The notes: a model not told the origin generated them from the letters alone. A stretch of DNA of 64,000 nt from Terriglobia bacterium (GCA_041494885.1 JBGQBO010000012.1:2637-66636), one strand, 5' to 3'. Positions 32,259 to 42,656 are shown, counted from the stretch's first letter. Numbers and translations: made by a program.

Positions 32259-32413
32259 ATTATTTTAAGAGTCCCTGGGATTGTCGCAAGGAGGTTTCAA
32301 ACCAACTGGGGCAGGAAATTGTCGGGGCACCGATCTGCTTCAGCCACATGCTCTGAGATTATCCTCAAGTAAAGCATCCTCGGTGCCCCAAATTCTACTC
32401 GGGGGGATTTTCT

Positions 32414-34546
32414 TTAATGGCCGGCATTCGCCGCCGTGACCAGCCGCGACGGGACCACATACGTCGTGGCGATCGCCTTCAAGGAATCAGGATCCGAAAC
32501 CACTGTATAGGTATAAGCATGGTTTGTCCCACGTACCACCGCCCCGCTCGTACTCGGGAAGAAAGGGGGTGCATAGGCACTGTTTGCATATCGACGATCA
32601 AACAGCACGTTGCGAACCGTGCTCGAATTCCCTAACGTCATGATGTTATTCTGGATGCGTCCCCCAACGATATTGATGTTGTTGGCGTACACACCATTAG
32701 TACCAATGGTGATTCCTCCGCTCCCACCGTTACTCAGAGTCGCCATGGAAGCGTCTACTTCGATATTTCGTGAGGAAATACCACCAACGTCCAGAAAGAT
32801 GTTGCCGGTGGCTGTGTAGATCCCGAGAGCTTGGCCATTGTCGTTACCCGGAATCAGGGTTCCAGGAGGACTGTTCGGAGGTACACCCGGAGCCACCTGC
32901 CCTTGGGTCATTGTAACCGGCCGTGTGTTGTAAATCAGATCCCCCGTAATAGTAATATTTCCTGTTGCGGTGATGGTCATTGCGGCGTGATCCTGTACTG
33001 CCGGAAGTCCCGCACCCGGGCCGTGCAAACTATTGATATTTCCATTCACGTACAAGGAGAGAGAGGTTGCAGGCTGGATTGCGAGCGGCCGATTCGGATT
33101 CACCGGATAGGCGTTAGTCGGCAATCCACAAGCGCTGAGCGTGCTCCCGCCTCTCGTGACGGTTGTAGAACCTGTTGGGCATTGGCCGGTCGGCAGCAGG
33201 TTGTAAGTCACCGTCGTGGTGTTGGACCCTTGAGTGATCGAATAGATCTGTAAGCCTGCGGTCCTGGCATCCAGTGTCATGTTGTCGACGCTGCCGTTGA
33301 CATAGATGCCTGCGCCTGCAGTGGTGGTCGTCGTAATGTGGGTGTAAGGGTCTGTGTACTGAGTGACAGGAACGTACACTCCGGTTGTCCCGGATGAATA
33401 AGCGGCGCCACTTGCATTCACTAAGCCGACAACGTTCCGTTGAGGTGCGCAAGTGCTTTGCAGGCAAGCCGGAGAGGGTTGAATCACCGGGTTTCCGTTG
33501 CTGTCCACGATATTGTTAGGATCGAAGCCGGCCCCATTGAAAACTGCGGCCGCCTGGTTGTTGGAATTTCCCGGCAACGGAACCGCCGTGGTTCCGCGGG
33601 TAAAGCCGGACATGAACTGCGGTGCGATCGTCTGCCCCCCCGACGTCGCGGAAGCCGCGTTGCGATCCACACAGGAGCTGAAATAGTAGCATGCGTTCTG
33701 ATTCACACTGCTGACTTGGTCGGTGAAGACGTAGTTCGGGCTGCCGGTGGAAAACCCCCATTCTCCGTTTGTGTGAACACGTCCCGTGATGGTGCCGTGG
33801 AGGAGCGTCGATCCACTGTGGGGGTCGTAATTGTCGATAAACATCCCATAGCCCGCAAAGGAAAAGAGGAGATTGAAATACTGAGTGGCGGTGTCGATGA
33901 CATCGACATCAACGCTGTAGGTAATGGTGCCCTTTTCAATCACCGAGCTGGCCGCAATATTTCCGGCCCCTCCCGGAACATCCCCATTGGAGGTAATCTG
34001 ATAGGCGAACATATACAGTTCATTCCGTGAAGCATTCTGAGCAAAAGGTTGCGCAGGAGCCTGAACATTGACGCAACTGAAAGACGTACGGGGTTGGCCG
34101 GCACCATCATTGGTGGTGTCAATGGTATACCTTGCTCCCGAATCCCCATAGCTGGAATACGAACTTAAAGTCCGGGCATTGCCATTGCCCGCATTACCCA
34201 GCGCTGTGTTCTTAATCCCATTGCTGAAATCCTGAGTGCATGGAAAAACAGTTTGCGTATAATCCGCCAGGTTAGGCGGCGTGGCTGCTTTCAGGGCGTT
34301 GACCAGGGCTGTCCGCATTACGCTGACTCCGGCATCCGCGGCGTAAAAGGCGGTCTTGGAGTTGCGCATGGTGCCACTGATGAACACGTCGCTGGAGGTG
34401 GTCAGCATGATGGAAAGCCCGAGAAGCATGGTCACACCCAGGAAGATGAGCGCCGTGATAAGTGCTACACCTTTTTTGTCCCTGCCCTTGGCATGCACGC
34501 GACGCCTCAGGATACGAAGTCCGCGGGAGAGCTTTTCGTGCTTCAT
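32414..34546 (-). CDS. Large PilX-like minor pilin with a beta-rich (ComZ/DUF4900-like) domain
   Basis: KG/VALITAL prepilin site without Glu5, AFYAADAG PilX motif, GRVHTNG and FDRR...PPFFP motifs. Confidence 0.75.
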   Translation of the reverse strand: MKHEKLSRGLRILRRRVHAKGRDKKGVALITALIFLGVTMLLGLSIMLTTSSDVFISGTMRNSKTAFYAADAGVSVMRTALVNALKAATPPNLADYTQTVFPCTQDFSNGIKNTALGNAGNGNARTLSSYSSYGDSGARYTIDTTNDGAGQPRTSFSCVNVQAPAQPFAQNASRNELYMFAYQITSNGDVPGGAGNIAASSVIEKGTITYSVDVDVIDTATQYFNLLFSFAGYGMFIDNYDPHSGSTLLHGTITGRVHTNGEWGFSTGSPNYVFTDQVSSVNQNACYYFSSCVDRNAASATSGGQTIAPQFMSGFTRGTTAVPLPGNSNNQAAAVFNGAGFDPNNIVDSNGNPVIQPSPACLQSTCAPQRNVVGLVNASGAAYSSGTTGVYVPVTQYTDPYTHITTTTTAGAGIYVNGSVDNMTLDARTAGLQIYSITQGSNTTTVTYNLLPTGQCPTGSTTVTRGGSTLSACGLPTNAYPVNPNRPLAIQPATSLSLYVNGNINSLHGPGAGLPAVQDHAAMTITATGNITITGDLIYNTRPVTMTQGQVAPGVPPNSPPGTLIPGNDNGQALGIYTATGNIFLDVGGISSRNIEVDASMATLSNGGSGGITIGTNGVYANNINIVGGRIQNNIMTLGNSSTVRNVLFDRRYANSAYAPPFFPSTSGAVVRGTNHAYTYTVVSDPDSLKAIATTYVVPSRLVTAANAGH

Positions 34547-34563
34547 AGTGACACCTCAATTCG

Positions 34564-35694
34564 TCAGTTAACCTTGTTGCGGAGAGCAACCGTGGTGGTT
34601 AAAGTACTAAGCCGAAATGTCTTGGTCGGATCTATGGCGCTTTGATATCGATCAATGCGATCGCTTGAAGTTCTTCCCGCCAGAGTCACTTCCAACGACT
34701 CGATCAGTGAAAAATCATTGCCCGCAGGAGGGTTAGTGGGGCTCCCCGGTCGCGTATAATTTGCCGGATCATTGAACACCCCCGTCGCCAACCGAGCTCT
34801 CTGCGAGAAACTAAGTAGGTTCGATACCAACTGAAGCGTCGAGTCTGATACTGAAGTCCTGGTGGTCCTTTGCAGTTGGGGCCGGAGAGGGTCCGTCGTA
34901 TCCACCTCATAAATCACGGGGGGGGCCAATTTCACAACCATGGCACCAAATGGAAAGGAGGTGCCCAGTTTTGAAAACACGGTCAATCCAGATCTTATGG
35001 TCCTATTATCGGCTGTCCCGACTTTCGTAATTTGAACCCGCGCTCCAGCTCCAGCCGTTGCAGAATCAGCGGTCAGGGTGAGCGGGGCGATCTGGCCATA
35101 GTTTGGATCGCTGGTGTCCGTGTTCACGATAACAATAAAGGTCCCTGAAGTCAGCAAACCGGCGGTTTTAGTGGCGGCTTGACTCGGAGTTAGCCCCGGA
35201 AATGGCGCAGGATCGAGATACAACGTTGCAGTGTTGTCGATGCGGAGTGGCACTCCAGGAGGGTTTGTCCCATTTAATGTGGACAGCGTGGTGGGAGGAA
35301 GATAATTATTGGCATCGTCCTCCTTAAAACCTTGATAGACAGTGATGGAATCGAAGTTGCCGTTATCATTCTTCCGGACAATCACGGGAGCTGGAAATCT
35401 TTGAGAGCCCCCCGACGATAGGTTTGCGCCCGCGTTCAGCAAATCGGCTGAAATCAGCTCCAGCCCGGAGCGCAGGCCCAAGTTCAATTCGGTGACTTCC
35501 TGCTGCAACTTGTAAACCACGGCGTGCTTGTTGAAGAGGGAGAACACCATCCCGCCCAGAACCACCATGAGAATGATCCCTACTAGCATTTCCAAGAGGG
35601 TAAAGCCGGAGGAATTGGTCCTTCGCTTCATGCACGGGGTGGGCTCGCGGTGGTGGGAGTCAACCCTTGAGGCTATTGAATCATTTAGCATCAT
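34564..35694 (-). CDS. PilW-like minor pilin
   Basis: G/FTLLE prepilin motif, LR...DLLNAG helix, C-terminal TVALRN. Confidence 0.8.
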   Translation of the reverse strand: MMLNDSIASRVDSHHREPTPCMKRRTNSSGFTLLEMLVGIILMVVLGGMVFSLFNKHAVVYKLQQEVTELNLGLRSGLELISADLLNAGANLSSGGSQRFPAPVIVRKNDNGNFDSITVYQGFKEDDANNYLPPTTLSTLNGTNPPGVPLRIDNTATLYLDPAPFPGLTPSQAATKTAGLLTSGTFIVIVNTDTSDPNYGQIAPLTLTADSATAGAGARVQITKVGTADNRTIRSGLTVFSKLGTSFPFGAMVVKLAPPVIYEVDTTDPLRPQLQRTTRTSVSDSTLQLVSNLLSFSQRARLATGVFNDPANYTRPGSPTNPPAGNDFSLIESLEVTLAGRTSSDRIDRYQSAIDPTKTFRLSTLTTTVALRNKVN

Positions 35695-35761
35695 AACTTA
35701 CTCACTTTTCGCAAAAGAAGAGAACTTGGAAGATCATCCTCACGAAACCTCTGCTGTCTTT

Positions 35762-36415
35762 CTACCGGATGGCTCTCATTCGGATCACTTGTCGAAAATT
35801 ATTCACCGTTCCCGGAGAATCCGGATCCGACAATTTGTTTGTCTTGACAGCCACCTCCACCGTGATCTGAGTCGCTCCGTTGATGGGTGTATTGCTTTCA
35901 ATCAACCATCTCCGTCGATAGCTCACCTGAGTGGGTTCTCCACCCAGATTGCCGGTCGTCGTGGTCCCGTCGATCGTCGTGGTCTCTGTGGGATACCCAC
36001 CTGTATCATCAGGGCCCCCGGTCCGGGTGATGGACCCATTCCGCTGGTTGAGATAAACCGCATCAAAATATGAGACCGTATGGTTTCCGGTCGCATCAAC
36101 GACAAGGGCAGTCACGTCGTTACCGAGCGATCCCCCTGCATGGGCAAGTGGATCATTGACGTCATACGAGCGGAGTTCTTCCAGCTTTTCAGAAGCCAAC
36201 TGCGTCAGAGAAGTCAGTCGATTGGATGACCGGTTCACCACGATGCTGGTGGCTATGAGATTGGCCATCGCGATGAAACCAAAAAGAAGAACAAACAGTG
36301 CGATCATCAACTCGAGAATGGAGAAGCCACGCTCCATCCTGAATCGAACAGACTGCCGGTCATTCGTTCGGTCATCGGGAGAGGCACCATTTGACAAATG
36401 TGAGTTCATAGGCAT
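35762..36415 (-). CDS. PilV-like minor pilin
   Basis: G/FSILE motif, LASEKLEELR, YRRRW. Confidence 0.8.
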   Translation of the reverse strand: MPMNSHLSNGASPDDRTNDRQSVRFRMERGFSILELMIALFVLLFGFIAMANLIATSIVVNRSSNRLTSLTQLASEKLEELRSYDVNDPLAHAGGSLGNDVTALVVDATGNHTVSYFDAVYLNQRNGSITRTGGPDDTGGYPTETTTIDGTTTTGNLGGEPTQVSYRRRWLIESNTPINGATQITVEVAVKTNKLSDPDSPGTVNNFRQVIRMRAIR

Positions 36416-36423
36416 GTCCCTAC

Positions 36424-37017
36424 CTAGTGGTTCTGCACAATGCGCGCGCGTCCCAGAACGGAGATGAACACAGAATAATCCTTGCCCGTCTTGCTATTCG
36501 ACATATCCGCGTACGGCTCGCCCTGAGTCACATCAAAGCCCGTGGAGGTCACGGTACCGCTGAAGTCACACAGCAGGGTTCCTTCTTTAGCAAGCTGTAC
36601 TCCTTTGGACAGGATAACGGGACCGCCGCGGTTTACAAAGTTGGCCGCGTGAAGTGGATTTTGAGGATCGGCCGCCTCATCTCTCTGGATCTGCATCTGA
36701 GGGATCGGATTCTTCGTAAAAATGATCTTATATTGTCGGCCTTGTGCAACGGCGTTGTACCGGGCAGTCTGAACGGTGGTCTGGACAACCCGGATGTCGC
36801 CCTGCAAATTGAAATTCTCTCGCATCTGAATCAACCGCGGAAAAGCAATGGAACCCACTGTGAGTATCAACGAAGCGACGACTATCATTTCCAACATCGA
36901 GAAGCCGTGGTTCGAACCCATTCGGCGAAGACCCCGCCGCGCCCCGGAAGGCCCACTGGCCCTGGCAATGATCCCTCGGACCGAATGTTTCATGGGAAAA
37001 CCGCCTCTGTTCTTCAT
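36424..37017 (-). CDS. FimT/FimU (GspH)-like minor pilin
   Basis: G/FSMLE motif, ARYNAV helix, C-terminal ISVLGR. Confidence 0.8.
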   Translation of the reverse strand: MKNRGGFPMKHSVRGIIARASGPSGARRGLRRMGSNHGFSMLEMIVVASLILTVGSIAFPRLIQMRENFNLQGDIRVVQTTVQTARYNAVAQGRQYKIIFTKNPIPQMQIQRDEAADPQNPLHAANFVNRGGPVILSKGVQLAKEGTLLCDFSGTVTSTGFDVTQGEPYADMSNSKTGKDYSVFISVLGRARIVQNH

Positions 37018-37636
37018 TTCTTTGCCCGCCTCTCCTTGCAGACATCATCCGACTAAACTGGCAAGATATAGTTTCGAATACGATTGTTACAAAAACGTGT
37101 CACACGGGCTTAAACTCGCGATTCCGTGTGCGGGTTGAGTTCATTCCGGATCTGCGAAAGAGACAAAGAGGTCATTATCGTTCACCGTGGCACATATTAC
37201 GGTAGCGCAGTCCATGCTGAAGATTGTGACGCCAATCACAAATCGGAATAAAACTTAACCCCCGGAATTGCTCAATCCCCGGGCCATTCTTGCTGTGAAA
37301 CGACAAGGCCACTCCCTCCCACGAGGGTTTTTGGATCGAAACCACCGACGCTCGGGGATGAAGTGAGTCAACCGCGGGATTCAACCCTTGCTGGGCCGAG
37401 TGAATCCTGAATTCATGGACGGGTGAGCGGGATTGAAGTAGAATCGTTCTTTCCGGTACAGTGTCCTTATCGCCTCCATGACCAGGAAGAAAAGAGCTCC
37501 GTCAGTCTATCATAAAGGGTGAAAAAATCATCCGGAAATCTCCCCCAGCCCGGCGACACCCGATGGGGCCGCCCCCGGGCCATTTCCCACACCACCTCGC
37601 GGGTCCACAGGCCTGCTTGTTGACGGCGGCAGCATC

Positions 37637-39649
37637 ATGATCGAATTCAGTCAAGACGTGTGTTCCACTCTGGCTCGGAGCGCGACCCGGGAGTGGCTTG
37701 AGGTCAATGGTTTAGGCGGATTCGCCAGCTCTACGCTGTGCGGCATGAACACCCGCCGCTATCATGGGTTGCTGGTAGCCGCGCTGGAGCCCCCGGTCAA
37801 GCGATTTGTGCTGCTCTCCAGATTCGAGGAGACGCTGGTGTTGGAGGGCGCCCGAATCGATCTGAGTTCCAACCAATTTCCAGGAGCCATCCATCCTCAG
37901 GGATACCAGTTCCTGGTTCGATTTCAAAGACACTTCTTCCCGGTTTCTACCTTCCTCGTGGGCGCCTGGCGGATCCAAAAGACGGTCTTCATGGTCCACG
38001 GCCACAATGCCACCTGTATCGAATATGTTTTCAACGGGCCGGCAGAGTCGGAAGCCCAGTTTGATATTCGCCCGCTTCTGGCCTATCGCGATTACCATTC
38101 CCTGACACACGAAAACGACTCCCTTCAACGGGAACCCGAAATCGGAGAACACCACGTGAAGTTTTCTCCCTACCCGGGACTCCCTCCGTTGGTGGTGCGA
38201 CATACCGCGGATTTCTTTTCGCGGGATGGGTACTGGTACAAGAACTTCGAATACGTCCGGGAGCAGGAGCGCGGGCTCGATTTTTCGGAGGATCTGTTCA
38301 GTCCTGGGTACTTCAGGACCCTCGTCGAGAACGGGACCTCTCTCTGGTTTTTTGCCAGTGCGGAAGAATGGTCTGATCTGACCCGAGACGCCGAGTTCCA
38401 ACGCTTCGCAGTGATTAAACAGCGGGAACTGGAACGACGTCAGGGGTTGATGAAGGGAATCAAATCGACAGAGGACGCCTCTTTCTACCTGCGCCAAGCC
38501 GCGAATCAATTTCTGGTGCGACGGGGAAAGGATTTCCAAACCGTCATTGCCGGTTACCCCTGGTTTACGGATTGGGGGCGGGACACCATGATTTCGATCC
38601 CGGGGCTGCTCTTTGTGACGAACGACTATCCCGTAGCCCGGGAGATTATGACCACCTTTGTTCGTTCCATGCGCGACGGTTTGATCCCCAATCGATTTGT
38701 GGATCACCCGGAGGCCGGACAAGACGCTGAATACAACACCGCGGACGCCACACTGTGGCTGTTCCATCTGGTGTACGAACTGGCCCGGCGAACCGACGAT
38801 GTGAAATTCGTGAAACAGAGCTTTTATGACGCCTTGGTCGAGAGCTTCGAGTGTCATCGCCGGGGAACGCGATTTGGAATTCACATGTCGGATGACGCGC
38901 TTCTCTCAGCCGGCACGGAAGCGGATCAACTCACATGGATGGATGCCGGGATCAGAGATCTGACGTTCACGCCACGGCAGGGGAAAGCCGTGGAGATTTG
39001 CGCCCTATGGTGTAATGCCCTGAAAGTGCTGGAATTTCTTGCCAGGAAACTGGGTGACCGTAAAAGAGCAAAGGAATTGGGATCGCTCGCCCGCCAGGCG
39101 CAGAAAAGCTTCACTGAGGTTTTCTGGAACCCTGCGGCGGGATATTTGAATGACGTGGTCAACGAAGGCGGGATTGACGCTTCACTCCGGCCCAATCAAT
39201 TATTCGCCATGACGCTTCCCTTCTCCCCCCTTGAGAGGCAGCACCGCAAACCCGTCGTGGCGGTTGTCACCAAGAACCTGTTGACCCCCTTCGGGCTGCG
39301 AACCCTGGCAAGGAACGACCCGCACTATCGCGGGCTGTACCAGGGGAATGCTTACGATCGCGATAGTTCCTATCACCAGGGCACGGTGTGGCCGTGGCTG
39401 CTGGGGCCATATGCAACTGCGTTTTTGAACGCCCATACGCGCACCGCCGGGAATAAGAAGCATGTCCGCGGCCTTCTCGAACCGCTGATTCAATACATGC
39501 TGAACGAGGGGGTTGGTCAGATTCCTGAGATTTTCGATGGCGACATCCAAGTGCCCGCTGACGATTCCCTCCGGCCAGCGGGCAAGGGCTGCTTCGCGCA
39601 AGCCTGGAGCGTGGCCGAAATTCATCGCGTCTTGGTGGAAGAGGTTTAG
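37637..39649 (+). CDS. Amylo-alpha-1,6-glucosidase (glycogen debranching enzyme, archaeal type)
   Basis: EWLEVNGLGG, TRRYHGLL, AGYPWFTDWGRDT, LRPNQ, YHQGTVWPWL, QAWSVAE. Confidence 0.92.
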   Translation: MIEFSQDVCSTLARSATREWLEVNGLGGFASSTLCGMNTRRYHGLLVAALEPPVKRFVLLSRFEETLVLEGARIDLSSNQFPGAIHPQGYQFLVRFQRHFFPVSTFLVGAWRIQKTVFMVHGHNATCIEYVFNGPAESEAQFDIRPLLAYRDYHSLTHENDSLQREPEIGEHHVKFSPYPGLPPLVVRHTADFFSRDGYWYKNFEYVREQERGLDFSEDLFSPGYFRTLVENGTSLWFFASAEEWSDLTRDAEFQRFAVIKQRELERRQGLMKGIKSTEDASFYLRQAANQFLVRRGKDFQTVIAGYPWFTDWGRDTMISIPGLLFVTNDYPVAREIMTTFVRSMRDGLIPNRFVDHPEAGQDAEYNTADATLWLFHLVYELARRTDDVKFVKQSFYDALVESFECHRRGTRFGIHMSDDALLSAGTEADQLTWMDAGIRDLTFTPRQGKAVEICALWCNALKVLEFLARKLGDRKRAKELGSLARQAQKSFTEVFWNPAAGYLNDVVNEGGIDASLRPNQLFAMTLPFSPLERQHRKPVVAVVTKNLLTPFGLRTLARNDPHYRGLYQGNAYDRDSSYHQGTVWPWLLGPYATAFLNAHTRTAGNKKHVRGLLEPLIQYMLNEGVGQIPEIFDGDIQVPADDSLRPAGKGCFAQAWSVAEIHRVLVEEV

Positions 39650-39690
39650 CGTGCGGCAGACGTCCTCGTCTGCCTTATTCTTGGGAGTTT

Positions 39691-39752
39691 AGGGACAGAC
39701 ACCTTCTCCTAATAAACTTTTCAAGGATAGAGCAAAACAGGTGTCTGTCCCT
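39691..39752. mobile_element. 62-bp MITE-like element, copy 1
   Basis: 14-bp terminal inverted repeats AGGGACAGACACCT...AGGTGTCTGTCCCT; near-identical copy at 41715-41777 and a partial copy at about 39771-39802. Confidence 0.65.
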
Positions 39753-39842
39753 TGTTCATTTTGTCCATTTCAGGGATGGAGCCAAAACAGGCGCCTGTCC
39801 CTCTTGCTCCTTGTGGCTCGCTGGTCTTGGAGAACAAAAAAG

Positions 39843-40247
39843 ATGAAAAAACTGGAAATGCTGAGGCCGCTGGCACTCCTGCTGTTGCGTTGGGGGATCG
39901 GGATTGTCTTCATCTATCATGGCTATCCCAAGGTGGCTCACTCGCAACAATGGACGCAATCATTCGCCCATATGGGTTTCCCATCTTACTTTGCTTACAT
40001 CGCAGGGGTGCTGGAGCTTCTTGGGGGAGCCCTTTTGATCGCCGGGCTTTTCACTCGAGTCTCCGGCCTTCTTCTGGCGGGTGAAATGGCCATTGCTCTT
40101 TGGCGGGTGCATCTTCCGCAAGGCTCCCTCTTGAATGTCGGAAACTACCAACTCCCCTTGTTGCTGGCGGTGGCCGCATTCACGCTGGCGGCGGTGGGAG
40201 CGGGTGCTATTTCGCTGGATTACGCCATCTTTCGCAACAAAGCCTGA
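39843..40247 (+). CDS. DoxX family membrane protein
   Basis: LLLLR..G..F..HG..K, ELLGG..L..GL.TR, GAG.ISLD motifs. Confidence 0.9.
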   Translation: MKKLEMLRPLALLLLRWGIGIVFIYHGYPKVAHSQQWTQSFAHMGFPSYFAYIAGVLELLGGALLIAGLFTRVSGLLLAGEMAIALWRVHLPQGSLLNVGNYQLPLLLAVAAFTLAAVGAGAISLDYAIFRNKA

Positions 40248-40407
40248 GAGGCAATGTGGCCCGGCCTGCCGAGAAACACCAGCCTGGACAGAATTGTTTT
40301 CGTCCTGGGGGTTCATTGGCTGCCTCGCAAAGACCACCGCCACAAAACTCCTCACCCCGGATGACACACTTGATTCTGCCCCAACTCAATGTTTACGGAG
40401 GTTCTTG

Positions 40408-41154
40408 ATGAAGCCATTTGAACACCGCCGAAGATTCTTAATCAAAAGCGGTTTGCAGATAACCGGAGCCGCGTTCACAACATCCCTTTTATTTCCTTTC
40501 CAGAAAGAATCAAAGCATCCTAAGAGCAAAGGCGCGGAGGAAACAGCCCTCGAGGACATCGCCCCTCCAGAAGATCTCATGCGCGAACACGGAGTTCTAA
40601 ACCGGGTGCTCTTGATCTACGATGAGATTCAGCACCGCTTGAACGTCGGAAAGGAATTCCCGCTAGAAGCTCTTTTAGGAGCGGCCGGGATCATCCGGAA
40701 TTTCATTGAAAACTACCATGAGAAGCTTGAAGAGGATTATCTCTTCCCGCGATTCGAAAAGGCCGGGAAGCTGGTCGAGCTGGTGCGGGTGCTGCGGGAG
40801 CAACATCAAGCCGGGCGGCAGTTAACAGCGAGGATTCAGAAAGGTGGAACGGCGGCCATGCTCAAGGACGAAGGAGGACGAAAGGCCCTGGCCGCGGATC
40901 TCAGCCTCTTCATCCGAATGTACCGGCCTCACGAGGCGCGCGAAGATACCGTTCTCTTCCCCGCCATCCGGACCGTTGTGTCCCCGCGCGAGTTTGACGA
41001 GCTGGGAGACCAGTTCGAGGACAAGGAACATATACTGTTTGGCAAAGAAGGTTTTGAGGGCATTGTTGTCGAGGTTGCAAAACTCGAGAGCGCACTGGGC
41101 ATTTACGAATTGTCTCAATTCACGCCGAAGGAACCACCCCGCAGTGGAAGCTGA
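40408..41154 (+). CDS. Hemerythrin-like (HHE) domain protein with probable Tat signal
   Basis: RRRFL N-terminus; LMREH, YHEKLEE.YLFP, EQH, HEARED.VLFP motifs. Confidence 0.85.
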   Translation: MKPFEHRRRFLIKSGLQITGAAFTTSLLFPFQKESKHPKSKGAEETALEDIAPPEDLMREHGVLNRVLLIYDEIQHRLNVGKEFPLEALLGAAGIIRNFIENYHEKLEEDYLFPRFEKAGKLVELVRVLREQHQAGRQLTARIQKGGTAAMLKDEGGRKALAADLSLFIRMYRPHEAREDTVLFPAIRTVVSPREFDELGDQFEDKEHILFGKEGFEGIVVEVAKLESALGIYELSQFTPKEPPRSGS

Positions 41155-41250
41155 AGATATTCAAACTGCCAATACATACGGGATTTGACAAGAGATCGGG
41201 CGTGCTGCCATTCTCAGCACAGCGGCGGAGCCTGGAGTTCCCAATTCAGC

Positions 41251-41521
41251 AGCACCCCGATTCATCGGGGTGTCAGCAAATTCGGAAAAATCAATGAAAA
41301 CCGTTTCAACGGTTTACCGAGAGAACCAAAGCTCTGTTTGGAATAGAGAGCGGTCATTGGTCTCTTCATGTCCTGAATTCCGAAGTTTGGTGAGAGATGC
41401 GCCCTGGCCAAGATACTTCGGAATTCCATTGGATGTGAGTCCCGCTACAATAGGAAACCGAAGAATCGGTCAAAGAGCCGGATAGGAGAGATCGGCAGAC
41501 ACCCCGATTTATCGGGGTGCT
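41251..41521. mobile_element. Non-autonomous element bounded by palindromic 24-bp inverted ends
   Basis: AGCACCCCGATTCATCGGGGTGTC and GACACCCCGATTTATCGGGGTGCT (22/24 as inverted repeats); internal palindrome AAACCGTTTCAACGGTTT. Confidence 0.55.
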
Positions 41522-41714
41522 TAAAGAATTTTAGTAGCGAGCAACGTTTAAGGACGACTTCGCGCTTTGCCTCACAGCCTTATTCCAATTGAAGTGAACA
41601 GCCGGTCATCTGCGGGACGACACGCTGAGCCCACCGCCCAAGCGGCACTTGCGCACCCACTCCCACCGCACGGGTCTGGAAATCATCCTTCTTTACCGGG
41701 GGAATCTGAAAGTC

Positions 41715-41777
41715 AGGGACAGACACCTTCTCCTAAGAAACTTTGCAAGGATGTAGCCAAAACAGATGTCTGTCCCT
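41715..41777. mobile_element. MITE-like element, copy 2
   Basis: AGGGACAGACACCTTCTCCTAAGAAACTTTGCAAGGATGTAGCCAAAACAGATGTCTGTCCCT, 12 bp from the tRNA CCA end. Confidence 0.65.
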
Positions 41778-41789
41778 ATTGTTCAAATC

Positions 41790-41883
41790 TGGCGGAGAGG
41801 GCGGGATTCGAACCCGCGCGGGAGCTTTTGGCCCCCAAACCGCTTTCGAGGCGGCCCCGTTATGACCACTTCGGTACCTCTCC
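41790..41883 (-). tRNA. tRNA-Ser (anticodon CGA)
   Basis: GGAGAGG acceptor stem, anticodon loop CT-CGA-AA, long variable arm, GGTTCGAATCC T-arm, encoded CCA. Confidence 0.97.
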
Positions 41884-41950
41884 GCACTTCCACGAAGCGC
41901 CCGTCAAAATACGATAACTTCTATCAAAGAGCAATTCAGTTTCTCGCGGT

Positions 41951-42460
41951 CTAGCTTCTTTTTCCAGCAAAAAAATCCTTCATCAGGGCGCGGCATGATT
42001 CCTTGAGCACCCCGCGGGTCACCTCGACCTGGTGGTTCAAGCGGCGATCACCCGCCAGATGAAACAAGCTGTCCACGGCACCCGCTTTCTCGTCGGCGGC
42101 GCCGTAAACCAGGCGCCTGATGCGGGCGAGCAGGATGCCTCCCACACACATGGAACACGGCTCAATTGTAACATACAGAGTGGCTTCGTTGAGTCGATAG
42201 TTCCCGAGACGGCGACCGGCTTCCCGCAACGCGAGGATCTCAGCATGCGCTGTAGCGTCTTCGAGAGCGATGGGCCGGTTGTGCGCTCCCGCAATGACAT
42301 GACCTCTCAGTTCGATCACACATCCGACGGGGACTTCTCCTTCCTCCCGGGCGGCCCGCGCCTCCTCAAGGGCCAAAGCCATGAAGAAGTCATCGGAGGG
42401 AGTTTCCAACTCCCGCAAAGCTCTTGCCCCTGTGTTGCTCCGCCCGCGTTGACGGATCAT
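41951..42460 (-). CDS. tadA: tRNA adenosine(34) deaminase
   Basis: EVPVG, TAHAE, NYRL, EPCSMC, LNH, FF motifs. Confidence 0.93.
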   Translation of the reverse strand: MIRQRGRSNTGARALRELETPSDDFFMALALEEARAAREEGEVPVGCVIELRGHVIAGAHNRPIALEDATAHAEILALREAGRRLGNYRLNEATLYVTIEPCSMCVGGILLARIRRLVYGAADEKAGAVDSLFHLAGDRRLNHQVEVTRGVLKESCRALMKDFFAGKRS

Positions 42461-42656
42461 ACTGTGTCCTTCCTTGAAGGACGAGCAGGCTGCTCGCCCG
42501 AAAAGTCGCAGGCCACTTCCATCTCTCTTAATAGGGGCACGACGACAATAAGGCACCCTTTTCTCACGAACGTTTCCCCACTCATGAATCGGACGGAACA
42601 AACCGACCCAAACACAGGCTGACTTCCGCCGGCTAAAGGATTATAGCACTGAGAAA

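Noticed and set aside
41790-41883. Prophage or integrative island at tRNA-Ser
   Set aside because: No integrase, phage genes or duplicated tRNA 3' end seen.
41567-41917. ORF containing LAERAGFEPA
   Set aside because: Antisense translation of tRNA-Ser.
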